In this document: piece after piece, positions 1 to 14,158 of the stretch | Layout: every line of letters starts with the position of its first letter | How positions within the stretch are numbered: the stretch's first letter is position 1 | NCBI GenBank assembly: GCA_964016885.1 | Contig: OZ024751.1 | Coordinates: 10,230,001-10,294,000, forward strand | From: Eledone cirrhosa | Taxonomy: Eukaryota | Length of the DNA: 64,000 nt | Direction of reading: 5' to 3' | Position numbers and translations under genes: made by a program | Notes under the pieces: model-generated | What the model was told of the DNA's origin: nothing | What the model saw: the letters and a program-made list of their open reading frames with translations, nothing else | Databases searched by the model: none

Positions 1-560
1 AGCACATATTTTGCTTCTGACAACACAGCCTTCATGCTTTGCGTCGAAGAACTGGTCCAAGGCCGTTCTCATCTCTAGCACGCCGGCTACGTTGCCACTC
101 CTAAGTGCTGCTTCTTCTTTATCTACCAGTTCCTTTTCGGTCTTATTTCTATCTAACACTAATTCTTTACTAAAACCTATCGAGTCTAATCTAACTGCCC
201 TCTTGAGAGAGTACTACCATCTGTTGTTGACAATGGCCCCTGTCAAGTGCTGCTTAACTAAATTGCTAATCCGTCTACTGTAGGCTTTAAATGTCGGTAA
301 CGACAAGTTCAGCATCCAGTAGCTGGGTCCCTTGCTCCCACATAGTCCCAACATGCATCTAGGATTCCATTCCAATCCCCCACTAACAGCAGGGAGCAGG
401 ACGTTCCCAGAAAAGTCTCTAGACGTTTGAAGAATGCTGGCCGCGGTGTCCCGGATGGGGCATATGCGGCCACCAGCCCTACGGCTCCACCTTCACTACC
501 GTCAACGTCTAGGACCACCAGTCGACCGTCCGGGTCCCGATGTACCGTCTGTGTTTCCGC
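1..560 (-). mobile_element. L1/Tx1-like LINE ORF2 fragments (AP endonuclease)
   Basis: LVAAYAPS...LLVGDWNGILD in 309..518; downstream helical segment ending VVRSK. Confidence 0.65.
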
Positions 561-1499
561 AGCAAAATGGCAACCCCATGCCCAGATGCATAGATCTCAA
601 AGTCGTCGAAGATGGGGGCCATTTCAAAAGGACACAGTTATAGGGTTTGACGTAGGGGTTACCTATGTCGTTAGGAAATTTTTCTTTTAACTGTTTGTGT
701 GTGTCCATGGAGATCCTAATCATTTTAAGATTAGGATTCTCCGAAGAGTGTGTAAAAATTTTCCCTTCGGTTTCCACCGAAGGGTTTTTATATATGGTGT
801 CTGTTAAAGTTTTATTGTTAGTATTTATGTAGGTGTAACATTTTTGTTGTGTTGCCTTTTGTCTGTGGTTCTTGTGTGTGTTTACATTTTGTAGTAGGTG
901 TTTTGTTTTCAGGAGGGGGTGTTTTTGTTTGTGCTGTTTGTGTCGCTTGTGTTGGTGTTTGTGTGTTTGTTGCATTTTTGTTTGTGTTATGTCTTTTCTT
1001 TTTTCTTTTTACTGGTCGGAAAGGCTCTCCCTCATCGTCACTGGGTGAGAGGGAGACAGACAGAGAGGGAGATAGAAAGAGAGGGAGATAGCCAGCTAAG
1101 GGAGATAGACAGAAAGGGAGATAGATAGAGTGAGAGAGATAGAGAGAGAAGGAGATAGCCAGCTAAGGGAGATAGATAGAGAGGGAGATAGATAGAGAGG
1201 GTGATAGCTAGCTAAGGGAGATAGCTAGCTAACTATATGTGTATAGTTAATAAATGAAACAAATAAAACATAAGAAGCAAAATTTGACACAATTATATTA
1301 GGTTCATGCTTGGGGGAAGTGGAAGAGGTTTCAACGTTTTAGACAGAGGTCCTTCAGGAAAGTTTGGAGAAGGAGAGAACAGATAGCCGTAAGACGTAAA
1401 TGTATGAAGGGGCCTACTTCAAAAGGAATTGGCAACTGAATCTCACTATTTATATAATTATTTTCTCCCAACTTAAGGTCAATTACTTCTTCAACAAAA

Positions 1500-1577
<78 letters not shown>

Positions 1578-2530
1578 TGCTCAAAATAGGAGTTGCACAG
1601 GACAAGCCAATGGAAAAAAACAATGGGAAAATGGACGGTCTATCTCTTCAGCCAACCTCTTGAAATCACTACAGTTTCGGTATTTTGAGGTTATACCATT
1701 CATTCCAGTACAGATTGGGGACGTAAGAAAACAATGAATTACAAAAATATAGATATATACATACACACACACAATCCTCCATACATACATACATATACAC
1801 GAACAAATGCTTATATAAACACATTAAACAATTATGCTAAGACTAACACAGACACATACATACCGTGTTAAATAATTGTACACAAATTTTCAAAGGTCAA
1901 GAATCTTCTAAATATAAGACACAAAAACACATATATATCCCAGTCTTTAGAATAGGTACATCATATGTTGGTGTGTCTTAAGGGGTTAGTAAAAGGGGCT
2001 GGTATAAGCAAGGGCATCTGGCTGTAAAACATTGTCTCAAAACATTCTATATAACCCCATAGAAGAATAGAAGAGAGGACATAAAAACGATGATGATATA
2101 TATTTCTGTTATATATCTGTATGTGTAATATATAATATATATATATGTGTGTGAGTAATATATATATGTGAGTGTGAGTAATGTATATATGTGTGTGTGT
2201 GAGTAATATATATATATGTGTGTGTGAGTAATATATATATGTGTGTGTGTGAGTAATATATATATGTGTGTGTGAGTAATATATATATGTGTGTGTGAGT
2301 AATATATATATGTGTGTGAGAAATATATATATGTGTGTGAGAAATATATATATGTGAGAGAGAGAGAGAGAGAGAGAGAGATTAATTATATATATAATAA
2401 AGGTTATGATGGTATATATTGTTATATATTTGTGTATGTAATATATATATGTGTGTGTATGTGTAATTACAAATGTATATATATACAAATACATACATGT
2501 AATCATATATATATATACACACATATACAA

Positions 2531-2601
<71 letters not shown>

Positions 2602-2855
2602 ACATATATAATTATAAATATATACATGAGCATATAATACAGGGAGGGGGGTATATGTATGTGTGCATATGTGTGTATATGTATGTATATATATATATGT
2701 GTGTGTGTGTATATATATGAGTGTGTGTGTGTGTGTGTGTGTGTGTGTCTATGATTGCATTTCTTGTGAATTAGCTGGCTATTCAATGAAACTGATTGAA
2801 GATGTCCATATTTCACCATTTTATCTCAGATCAAAGGAAACTCTGACATTTGTAA

Positions 2856-2886
<31 letters not shown>

Positions 2887-3867
2887 GTATGTGTATGTAT
2901 GTGTATGTGTGTATGTGTATGTGTGTGTGTGGACATATGTGTGTGTATGTGTGTGCGAATATGGGTGTACACATGTGTGAGGGTACATGTGTGTGTGAAC
3001 ATATGTGAGGTTGTGTTCGTGTGTGTACACGTGTGAGGGTACATGAGTGTGTGAACATATGTGAGGTTGTGTACATGTGAGTACGTGTGTGTACACGTGT
3101 GAGGGTACATGTGCATGTGTGTGTGTGTGTGTGTGTGAACATATGCATATATATTCACATATAGGTGTACATGTGTGTGTGTGGACATGTGTGTGTGAAT
3201 ATATGTGTGTGCACATATGTGTATGTGAACATATGCAAATATGTGCACATGTGTATGTGTGTGTGGACATATATGTGTGTGTGTGTGTTCTTGTGTGTGA
3301 ATATATCTAAGTGTGCACGTGTGTGTGTATGAACATATGCGTATATGTGCACATGTGTGTGTGTGTACATGTGTGTGTGTACATGTGTGTGTGTACATAT
3401 GTGTGTGCATGCATACATGTGGATATGTGTGTGTGCGTGTGTGAACATGTGTGTGCGTGTGTGAACATGTGTGAACGTATGTGAACATATGTGCACATAT
3501 GTATGTATGTGTGTATCTATGAATATGTGTGTGTATGTGTGTATGTATGTGTGTGTGTGCATATATGTGTGAACAATTTATACATACATGTATGTGTGAG
3601 AATATATAGACCTAATACATGTATGTGTGTTCATATGTAAGTGTGTATGTATGCATACATATGTACATATGATTGTGAACAATTTATACATACATGTATA
3701 TGTGAGAATATATAGACCTAACATATATAGAACTATGTTGATCATATTTAAGCAAACATATTTAACTACAAATATTTAGACACAATCAATGTTGATAAAA
3801 TAACTAGCAATAACAATACAGCAGAGATTCTTTCTATGAACAAAACTGGTCATAACTAAATACAGGA

Positions 3868-4425
3868 TCATGGCAAAAGGCACCCAGCCCACACTGTACT
3901 GTGGTCATGTTGGTGTCGTCGCAAAAAGCATCCAGCCCACACTGTACAGTGGTCGTGTAGGTGTCACAACAAAAAGCACCTAGCTACACTGTACAGTGGT
4001 CGTGTAGGTGTCACAACAAAAAGCACCCAGCCCACACTGTACAGTGGTCATGTAGGTGTTATGGCAAAAAGCATCCAGCCCACATTTTACAGTGGTCGTG
4101 TAGGTGTCATGGCAAAAAGCATCCAGCCCACACTGTGAAATGGTTGTGTAGGTGTCACAACAAAAAGCACCCAGCCCATACTGTGAAGTGGTCATGTAGG
4201 TGTCATGGCAAAAAGCACTCAGCCCACACTGTGAAGTGGTCATGTAGGTGCCACAATGAAAAGCATCCAGCCCACACTGTACTGTGGTCATATAGGTGTC
4301 ATGGCAAAAAGTACCCAACCCATACTGTACAGTGATCGTGTAGGTGTCACAACAAAACGCACCCAGCCTACACTGTAAAGTGGTCGTGCAGGAGTCACAA
4401 CAAAAAGCACCCAGCCTATACTATA
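3868..4425 (+). repeat. Diverged 48-bp tandem array (~11-12 units), same family
   Basis: Unit ~AAAAAGCACCCAGCCCACACTGTACAGTGGTCATGTAGGTGTCATGGC, followed by an RTE-type tail. Confidence 0.92.
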
Positions 4426-5455
4426 AATGTGGTTGGCATTAGAACGGGCATCCAGCTGTAGAAACCAAGCCAGAAACAGTTCTGTGTGAGCAAGACAATC
4501 ACCTGACCCAACTTGCACCAAATGGGACAACCCATCTAACCCATGCTAGCATGGAAAAATGGACATTAAACAATGATGATGAGGATATATTTATATATAT
4601 ATATAATGTGGGAGGTGAGTAATATTGTAGAACAAAACTATGCATATATCAGATAAGTAGCACTCAACAGTTGGTAGAACTGGAGTATATATAAAGAAGA
4701 AATAATTGATGGCTGAAAGAAAAGAGTACTCAATACTGAAGTACTCTACTTCGGTATTGAGAACTCTTTTCTTTCAGCCATCAATTACATACGGACGTAT
4801 ATATCAGTCTGGAACTAGCTGTTGAAACATGAGCTCAGCTGTTGGGGTCCCAACTCTTTATAATATAACCATACTCTATACCCCAAGTATTGAGTACTCT
4901 GTTGAGTAATGGTCTAACCAGCTTCAAACTGAATTCATCCTGATTTATTATAGATATGTCTTTTGTTTTATATATTATAGAAAAAATCTGGGCATAAATC
5001 AAAGAACTTTATCACATGTTTGAATAAGATTTATTATTGAAAGTATTAATCTCCTTATATATATAACCAGCAATTTCTCTGTCTGTCTGTCCGACAGTGG
5101 AAACACGTGCGCGCGTGCGAATGTTTTTTTGCGCACGCGTAGACAGAGAGTGAGAGTGAAAGAAAGAGACAGACTACGAGAGGGGGATAGCGGGAGGGAG
5201 AGAGGGAGAGTGAATAGACGGTAAAACACGTGCGCGCGTGCAAATGTTTTTTGCGCACGCGTAGACAGAGAGTGAGAGTGAAAGAAAGAGACAGACTACA
5301 AGAGGGGGATAGCGGGAGGGAGCGAGGGGGGAATTGAGGAGTGCTACAGAAACATATATACATTTCTGTGTGTGTGTAATATATATATATATATATACAC
5401 ACACAGAAATATATATATATACACACAGAAATATATATACATTTCTGTGTGTGTA

Positions 5456-5486
<31 letters not shown>

Positions 5487-5512
5487 AATATATATACATT
5501 TCTGTGTGTGTA

Positions 5513-5545
<33 letters not shown>

Positions 5546-5567
5546 AATATATATACATTTCTGTGTG

Positions 5568-5618
<51 letters not shown>

Positions 5619-5927
5619 GAAATGTATATATATTTCTGTGTGTATATATATATATATATTACACACACAGAAATGTATATATATATACACACAGAAATAT
5701 ATATACATCCCTTAGCTACTGTACTGTATCTGTTGCTATCTCTCTCTCTCTCCAGCTATCCTTCTCTTTTAGTCTGTCTGTTTCTCTCACTCTTTGTAAC
5801 ACACTAACATTCCTCCCCTCTATCGCTGTGACGAATGGGGAGATGGAGGAGGAGAGAGTCATTTCATCACTTCACCTCTGCCTTTCTTTCTCTCCCCTCT
5901 CACTCCCTCATTACATACAGACATTAG

Positions 5928-6120
5928 GGTGGTGGATTGGCAGAATCTGTAGAGAGTCGGACACCATGCTTCATAGCATGGAGTTACGTCTCTTTACGGT
6001 CCGAGTTCAAATACCGCCGAGGTTAACTTTGCCTTTCATCCTCACGGGGTCGATAAAATAAAGTACCAGTTATGTACTGGGTAATTGCTGGCCTTGTGCC
6101 AAAAGTAGAAACAATTATTA
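5928..6120 (+). mobile_element. tRNA-derived SINE (Meta-domain-like). Other copies ~18175(+), 24836(-), 36067(-), 37938(+), 43960(-), 45656(-), 53750(-), 54436(+), 57115(-), 62093(-), 10885(-, partial)
   Basis: B-box-like GAGTTCAAAT and shared core GCCTTTCATCCTTACGGGGTCGATAAAATAAAGTACCAG in about 12 copies. Confidence 0.85.
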
Positions 6121-6266
6121 GAAACATTGCTTCATTTTTACATATCTAAGCATTAGTAAAATAACTAATAATTTCAAAAGTAATTTTTCAATTCCAATTG
6201 TTATGAACAGCAAAACATTAATAATAATTTTGTTCTAAGAAATATATATACATTTCTGTGTGTGTA

Positions 6267-6297
<31 letters not shown>

Positions 6298-6500
6298 GAA
6301 ATATATATATATACACACAGAAATATATATACATTTCTGTGTGTGTAATATATATATATATATACACACAGAAATATATATACATTTGTGTGTGTGTAAT
6401 ATATATATATATATATATATACACACAGAAATATATATACATTTCTGTGTGTGTAATATATATATACACACAGAAATATATATACATTTCTGTGTGTGTA

Positions 6501-6535
<35 letters not shown>

Positions 6536-6803
6536 GAAATATATGGGCATTTCTCTGTTTGTCTGTCTGTCTGTCCTTCCCTAAAACTCAAATGTAGGTG
6601 CTACAGAATTATTACCTTCCCCTTCCTTTCTCCACTTTAGTACTACCAAGAGAAACACTGTCGCTATAGAAACATTACCTTCCCCTCTCCACTCCACTGA
6701 CTTTGGTCACTGAGGCCGAGGGAATCGCTGGTTGCTATAGAGACACCTTGCACAAGCCAGAAGTAACCAGTTCGAGGCGGTTCTGACTTGACACCATGCC
6801 AAG

Positions 6804-7285
6804 TCTACTTATAATATATAATGGGCATTTCTCTGTTTGTTTATCTGTATGTCCGTCTGTAAAAAATGCCAAGGAAACAAATAGACGCGGTTTCAAATCT
6901 CTATGCTTTTCAAATTGATTACATTAATCTTTATTTATACGTTTCACTTTACGAGTGTTTCGGCTTATCATTATATATAAACGTTTCTATTTCCATCGTT
7001 TTATCGTAAACGTTTATATATTTCCATCGTTATATCATAACGTTTATGTATCATAACGTTTATATTTCCGTCACTAATCTCTTTTTCTCCTTTTTCGTTT
7101 TAACATCTATTTATTTCAAAGATTTCACCGTATAGATAACATATATATTTATACATGCATAAAAGACACACCGAGAGACGGTGAACATGTGGTGCTGAAA
7201 ACATTTCTCATCCAAATCTCAACAATATCAGTATATACACTAGATTTGCTAGCAGAAAACCGCCCACCGGGTGGTTTTCTGCTAG
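6804..7285 (+). mobile_element. Non-autonomous Helitron-like element (second family)
   Basis: 5' TCTAC; 3' hairpin CTAGCAGAAAACC..GGTTTTCTGCTAG; similar hairpin at 46165-46203. Confidence 0.55.
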
Positions 7286-8019
7286 TCTATATATATAAAA
7301 CTGAGGATGTCTGTCTGTGTGTGTCTGAGTTTGAATCCCTAAAACTCGAGAACCACCCAACCGACTGTTTTCAAACTTTACACATGTAATACTTATGTTT
7401 CAGGGAGTGTTCTGAGCAAAACAAATTTCAAATTTTCAATGCCCTAGGGACCGCATTAGGTGATTTAGCGATCTCTCTCTATAATTCTTAGTCTTTCTCT
7501 TTTTAGATAGATACATACATATAACGTCGCGCCCTTATAATATCTGTATGTATGCATTACGTCACTTCCCTGAGGATGTCTGTCTGTGTGTGGTGTGTCT
7601 GTGAGTTTGAATCCCTAAAACTCGAGAAGTACCCAACCGACTTTTTTCAAACTTTACATGTGTATTACTTATATTTCAGCGAGTGTTATGCACATAAAAA
7701 AATTCAACTTTTTGATCCCCTAGGGCCCGCATTAGGTGAAAAACTTCATTTTTTCAGCTTTTTAGGGCTATTTTGAGGCATTATGTCTAGCCGATTTTCC
7801 CGAAATTTCAAGGTAAATTATGCACATAAAAAAAATTCAGTGAAAACCTACATTTTTCCTGCTTCATCAAGGAAAATCTTAAAGATTATCCAGCCATCGG
7901 AGTATTCGGTTTATTTTCTTAACATATTGTCCAGGCATGCAGTTTTTCCATGATTAGGTCTGTTGGCGGCTCGCGTTCCAAAATACCTTATCCCGTGCAA
8001 CGCCGGGTACCACTGCTAG
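7286..8019 (+). mobile_element. Non-autonomous Helitron-like element; related copy at 46777-47405 (-)
   Basis: 5' TCTATATATATAAAA; 3' hairpin CCCGTGCAACGCCGGG followed by CTAG. Confidence 0.7.
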
Positions 8020-8288
8020 TGTTTAATATGTCACCATCATTACATGTTCTGTAGTTGTTGTAGTAGTGGGACCTCAGTCAGTATTGATGACGAGTGTTCC
8101 AGCTAATGATGCAATCAATGGAAGAGCCTGCTGATGAAATTAATGTATAAGTGGCTGAGCATTCCACAGAAACATGTACCCGTGTATACTTAACATAGCT
8201 TTCAAGAATATTCAGCCTGACACAGTGTGTGTGTGACAAAGTTGGCCTCCTTTGAATTACAAGCATGACACATTTTTTTGCCAACAAA

Positions 8289-10265
8289 TAGCACCCAGCA
8301 AACACTGTAAAGTGGTATTTATGGTGCCATGCTAAAAAGTACCCAGCCCACACTGTAAAGTGGTATTTATGGTGCCATGCTAAAAAGTACCCAGCAAACA
8401 CTGTAAAGTGGTATTTATGGTGCCATGCTAAAAAGTACCCAGCAAACACTGTAAAGTGGTATTTATGGTGCCATGCTAAAAAGTACCCAGCCCACACTGT
8501 AAAGTGGTATTTATGGTGCCATGCTAAAAAGTACCCAGCAAACACTGTAAAGTGGTATTTATGGTGCCATGCTAAAAAGTACCCAGCAAACACTGTAAAG
8601 TGGTATTTATGGTGCCATGCTAAAAAGTACCCAGCAAACACTGTAAAGTGGTATTTATGGTGCCATGCTAAAAAGTACCCAGCAAGCACTGTAAAGTGGT
8701 ATTTATGGTGCCATGCTAAAAAGTACCCAGCAAACACTGTAAAGTGGTATTTATGGTGCCATGCTAAAAAGTACCCAGCAAACACTGTAAAGTGGTATTT
8801 ATGGTGCCATGCTAAAAAGTACCCAGCAAACACTGTAAAGTGGTATTTATGGTGCCATGCTAAAAAGTACCCAGCAAACACTGTAAAGTGGTATTTATGG
8901 TGCCATGCTAAAAAGTACCCAGCAAACACTGTAAAGTGGTATTTATGGTGCCATGCTAAAAAGTACCCAGCAAACACTGTAAAGTGGTATTTATGGTGCC
9001 ATGCTAAAAAGTACCCAGCAAACACTGTAAAGTGGTATTTATGGTGCCATGCTAAAAAGTACCCAGCAAACACTGTAAAGTGGTATTTATGGTGCCATGC
9101 TAAAAAGTACCCAGCAAACACTGTAAAGTGGTATTTATGGTGCCATGCTAAAAAGTACCCAGCAAACACTGTAAAGTGGTATTTATGGTGCCATGCTAAA
9201 AAGTACCCAGCAAACACTGTAAAGTGGTATTTATGGTGCCATGCTAAAAAGTACCCAGCAAACACTGTAAAGTGGTATTTATGGTGCCATGCTAAAAAGT
9301 ACCCAGCAAACACTGTAAAGTGGTATTTATGGTGCCATGCTAAAAAGTACCCAGCAAACACTGTAAAGTGGTATTTATGGTGCCATGCTAAAAAGTACCC
9401 AGCAAACACTGTAAAGTGGTATTTATGGTGCCATGCTAAAAAGTACCCAGCAAACACTGTAAAGTGGTATTTATGGTGCCATGCTAAAAAGTACCCAGCA
9501 AACACTGTAAAGTGGTATTTATGGTGCCATGCTAAAAAGTACCCAGCCCACACTGTAAAGTGGTATTTATGGTGCCATGCTAAAAAGTACCCAAAGTGGT
9601 ATTTATGGTGCCATGCTAAAAAGTACCCAGCAAACACTGTAAAGTGGTATTTATGGTGCCATGCTAAAAAGTACCCAGCAAACACTGTAAAGTGGTATTT
9701 ATGGTGCCATGCTAAAAAGTACCCAGCAAACACTGTAAAGTGGTATTTATGGTGCCATGCTAAAAAGTACCCAGCAAACACTGTAAAGTGGTATTTATGG
9801 TGCCATGCTAAAAAGTACCCAGCAAACACTGTAAAGTGGTATTTATGGTGCCATGCTAAAAAGTACCCAGCCCACACTGTAAAGTGGTATTTATGGTGCC
9901 ATGCTAAAAAGTACCCAGCCCACACTGTAAAGTGGTATTTATGGTGCCATGCTAAAAAGTACCCAGCAAACACTGTAAAGTGGTATTTATGGTGCCATGC
10001 TAAAAAGTACCCAGCAAACACTGTAAAGTGGTATTTATGGTGCCATGCTAAAAAGTACCCAGCCCACACCGTAAAGTGGTATTTATGGTGCCATGCTAAA
10101 AAGTACCCAGCAAACACTGTAAAGTGGACCTTATGATGCCATGCTAAAAAGTACCCAGCCCACACTGTAAAGTGGACCTTATGGTGCCATGCTAAAAAGT
10201 ACCCAGCCCACACTGTAAAGTGGACCTTATGATGCCATGATAAAAAGTACCCAGCCCACACTATA
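8289..10265 (+). repeat. Homogeneous 48-bp minisatellite, ~41 units
   Basis: Unit AAAAAGTACCCAGCAAACACTGTAAAGTGGTATTTATGGTGCCATGCT; one unit near 9590 lacks 12 nt. Confidence 0.97.
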
Positions 10266-10692
10266 AATGTGGTTGGTTTTAAGAAAAGCATACAGACATA
10301 GAAACCAAGTCAGGAATTGTTCTATTTGGGCAAAACAAAGCTACTTGTCCTGACTTGTCTAATCCATGCTAGCATGGAAAATGGACATTAAACAATGGTG
10401 ATGAGTGGGCTGGATCAATTTAAAATATGAAGTAAAATGTCTTACTCAAGGTCATAACACTCTACTGGATATCGAACTCATGATCTTATGATTGTGAGCC
10501 AAAAACCCAAACCACTAAGACATAAATAAACCTTGACATCCAATCATTACATAGACAACCTGTGGTATGATTCCCAAGTTCTAGAAATATCTTTTATAGT
10601 TGATATTTAATTATAACCTGAACCACAATAGTTATGGTAGCTAAAGCCAACACCCAAACCACTAAGACTCCACACTCTGTCATTACATAGAC

Positions 10693-11219
10693 CAGCAGTT
10701 GCTAACCTTTCAGACCTCACAGACCAATAAATTTATAATTTTAAATCCCGTGGACCACTAATATGGATTTTTTTAAAAAGATAAATACATTTGTAAAATA
10801 ATGATCAGGGAACTTCCATTTGATTAAACAATACTGAAGTGTACATGTGCATATTGTCCATAGATGATATATATGTATAAAATAATTGTTTCTACTTTAG
10901 GCACAAGGCCAGCAATTACCCAGTGCATTACTGGTACTTTATTTTATCGACCCCGTAAGGATGAAAAGCAAAGTATAAAATAATGATCAGAGAACTTGTA
11001 TGTGTGTCATATTGCCAATAGATGATACATGTGTAAAATTCTTTCATGGATGTTAGTTCTATATTGAGGAGAAACATTTTTTAGGGGTGTTATAAAATAT
11101 ATTTTAACCGAATATTATTTTTGTTTTATTATTAATAAAACATAAAAATTTCAAATAATGTCCAAATTTTTCTGCAGACCACCAAAATTTTCTCTCAGAT
11201 CACTGGATGGCAACTGCTG
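10693..11219. mobile_element. hAT-type non-autonomous element
   Basis: TIR CAGCAGTTGC/GCAACTGCTG; 8-bp TSD ACATAGAC. Confidence 0.85.
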
Positions 11220-11639
11220 ACATAGACAACCTGTGGTATAATTGCCAAGTTATAGAAATATTTTTTATAGTTGATTTTTAATTATATCTTGAACCACAAC
11301 ATAAGCTTTCACACCCCATCATTACATAAACAACCTGTGGTATAATTCCCAAGTTGTAGAAATATCTTTTATATTTGATTTTTAATTATATCCTGAACCA
11401 CAATAGTTATGGTAGCTAGTAAGCCACAGTTGAATAAACAATAATTAATGGTTTGTCTTTACATGTCACCATCAAACAAAGTTAAAGTAATTAGTATTTT
11501 TTTATTTGAAATTAACACGCAATTATAATCAGTCTTTTAATGGTGTCAATAAAATCGATACATCAGTCATCAGAATGTTTGGTTGTTTGTTTTCTTATAG
11601 AAAAATTCTATCATATATATAGAACTAATGTTATAGAAA

Positions 11640-12360
11640 TATTGATCTCCTGGAAACTATTCAGAAACACACAACCAAAATGAATACCCTCTATCAGGCA
11701 TCTACCATACTCTGAATGCCTTGCTTCCCTGGGAATGGATACATTAACCCTTTAACATTTAAACCAGCTGTATCCAGCCAAAATCCTCTCACCTCTTTTT
11801 GTTCAAACCAACCGTAACTGGCCACACATACTGATGTTAAAGTATTGTTCTCAAAATAAATAATATCAAAATCTCGTAGATTTGATATTATGTGAGATAA
11901 GTATGTAAGATAAAGCCTTTACAACAAAAATAGAATAGTATATATATAGAGTTATGTAAATGCTAAAGGGTTAAAGCTCTAACATCTGGAAACTGACTTG
12001 GTAGACAGCCACAGGGTTATTAACCAGCAATAAACCTGGGCATTTTTTTTAATTCCATATAGACCCATGGACATTCTTACAAAATCAGAAAACAGTACAG
12101 CTCCCGTGACTTTCGGAAACATTTTATCATGCTTAAGTTTGTGGAAGCATGGAACAAACTACCTGCAGTTGTTAGTTGATGGGACACTGTATGCTTCGAA
12201 ACTTCCATGCTTCCCGAAATTCACCAACACTACACCTGATATTCCCTCTCCATACAAATGGGTGTGTTTGTGTGTGTATCATGAATCATACACTGTTCAC
12301 TTTCCTGACTTTTGTACATTATTCTATGTACTATACATGCACCTTTGATGAGTTGTACAC
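11640..12360 (+). mobile_element. Degraded copy of the same CR1/L2-group LINE, interrupted by a TTAA MITE
   Basis: Aligns by eye to 37390-37890. Confidence 0.75.
11744..11974. mobile_element. piggyBac-type MITE (TTAA TSD, CCCTTTAGCATT-type TIRs); further copies at 39745-39973, 50512-50740, 56901-57110, 59718-59946
   Basis: Removing the element and one TTAA restores the LINE reading ATG GAT ACA TTA AAG CTC; five ~210-230 bp copies. Confidence 0.85.
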
Positions 12361-12463
12361 CCTGTAAAATGGTAGTCATGGTTGCACAATAAAATACACC
12401 CAGTACACTCTGTAAAGTGGTAGTGCTATTGCCATGATAGAACACACCCCATACACTCTGAAT

Positions 12464-12780
12464 CAGTGATTCCCAACGTGAGGCACACATCCCACAGGGG
12501 GGAAACTTGAATATTTAAGGGGGCCATTTAAAAATGATGCTAATGAGAACAAACCTCAGGTTTTACTTTATTACTTTTACACAAAGGCATCTTTGGTGCA
12601 CATTACTGTCAGAAACACCTGTCTCACCTCCTCCATATGTTATTGTGCATTTGGCACCACCTATACACCAATTTGTTTAGACTTTGCAGTTGATCATTGC
12701 TGTTTTCATATCAAAGGGGGACATTACAATTTTATAGATGCTGAGGTGGGGCATGGTGCACAAAAGGTTGGGAACCACTG
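12464..12780. mobile_element. hAT (Charlie-like) non-autonomous element
   Basis: TIR CAGTGATTCCCAAC/GTTGGGAACCACTG; 8-bp TSD CTCTGAAT. Confidence 0.85.
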
Positions 12781-12874
12781 CTCTGAATGACGGTTGGCAT
12801 TAGAAATGGCATCCAGCCGTAGAAACCGAATGTAATTAGTATTGAAGGTATAAGCAAAGTAAGGTCACTCTGAC

Positions 12875-12920
12875 CCAAATGTCTTGGACTGTGACAAAGA
12901 AGCAGTTGAACCCAGGTAAG
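12875..12920 (-). CDS. Possible further small Lrrk exon (SLPGFNCFFVTVQDIW)
   Basis: ttcccag acceptor after a long pyrimidine tract, phase-compatible, gtcaga donor; no motif support. Confidence 0.2.
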
Positions 12921-13598
12921 CTGGGAAAGTGAACAGAGTAGGGGGGGTGAAAGGGGGGAATATAATGCAGGAGAGGAAGGGGTGATGGGAGGAGGAATAA
13001 AGAAGTGGATGGATGGGGAAATGGGAGAGATGGGAAGAAAGGGGAGGGGAGGAGGAAATATTGTCAAGGGAAACAGGAACATCTTTTAGGGAGCAGGGGT
13101 TACTTCCCTGGAAAATGTTTTTTGTTTAGAGAGTGAGTAGGGGAAATAATTCTGTATTATTTTTGTTGTAAGGGAAGTAACTGTAAATTGAAAGAAACAC
13201 TTCATCATTTTTTTTATTGAACTATGATACCGTTGTTTGTATAATTATTACAATTATTATTAATTATTTACAATAATTATTAATCATTATTAATTATTAC
13301 TAATATCAAAAAATAACATACTATCGAGTTCGTTAAAAAAACGGGATAGTACCACCGAATGGTCCCTGATTGAGATAATTTTCAGAGGTACTTTGTTATT
13401 GCTGAGTCAGAGATTGTCATGGAACAAAGGCCTCCCAGCCGTGACCACTCCATTTTATTTTCAGGCAAAGTGTTTCTTGGATTACATTACTCAATGTGTC
13501 TTTCCTTATTTCAGGCAGTTGAATTTGAATTGATGAAAATTTGACATCTATTTCTAGCAGGTCAACCAACCTCATAGACGCTCTCTCATTGACTTGTA

Positions 13599-14158
13599 AT
13601 CATCATCACCATCGTTTTACGTCCATTCTTCCACGCTAGCATGGGTTAGACGGGTTGTCCTGTTGTGAACAGTGTCCAGTCGGCTGACCTTGTCTTGCTC
13701 ATACAGGAACTGATTCTGGCTTGATTTCTACAGCTGGATGCCCTTCCTAACACCAACCTCATTTACAGTGAGTGCTGGGTGCTTTTTTCCATGGCGCATA
13801 CATGTCCACTTTAGAGTGTGGATGGGTGCTTTTTTGCCGTGGCACCTCCACAACCACTTTGCAGTGGGAGGATGTGGGGGCATATTGTCTATATACTTCA
13901 GCTTCGGCTTGTACCCATGGGGGGTCGGGTCTTCTGTATTACTACATGACGCCAGAGGTCACGGCCATGTGTCATTACTCTTGAGAGATGTAATTGGGTA
14001 AGGTCGGCCTTTATCACCTCATCCCAGGTCTTCTTCAGTCTCCCCACTCTGCGACTTCCATCGACTTCTAGTGCTCTGCACCTTTTTATGCAGCTGTCAT
14101 CCTTCATACGCATCACATGTCCATACCAACATAACCTCCTCTCCTGCATACAGCATTT
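13599..14158 (-). mobile_element. RTE LINE 3' fragment (second subfamily)
   Basis: ORF 13898..14149 (RRLCWYGHVMR...KTWDEVI) plus the shared 3' UTR. Confidence 0.85.

Noticed and set aside
1329-1361. Hammerhead-like TTTC-CTGAA-GGAC..GTCT-AAAACGTT-GAAA on the minus strand
   Set aside because: Core has a deletion and GAAA->AAAA; probably a relic, not counted.
5928-6030. tRNA gene
   Set aside because: A/B-box-like head of a multi-copy SINE; no cloverleaf.
8078-10291. 737-aa ORF / possible CRISPR-like array
   Set aside because: Pure 48-bp tandem repeat with no unique spacers; the frame stays open only because the unit is a stop-free multiple of 3, and it derives from a retroelement tail.
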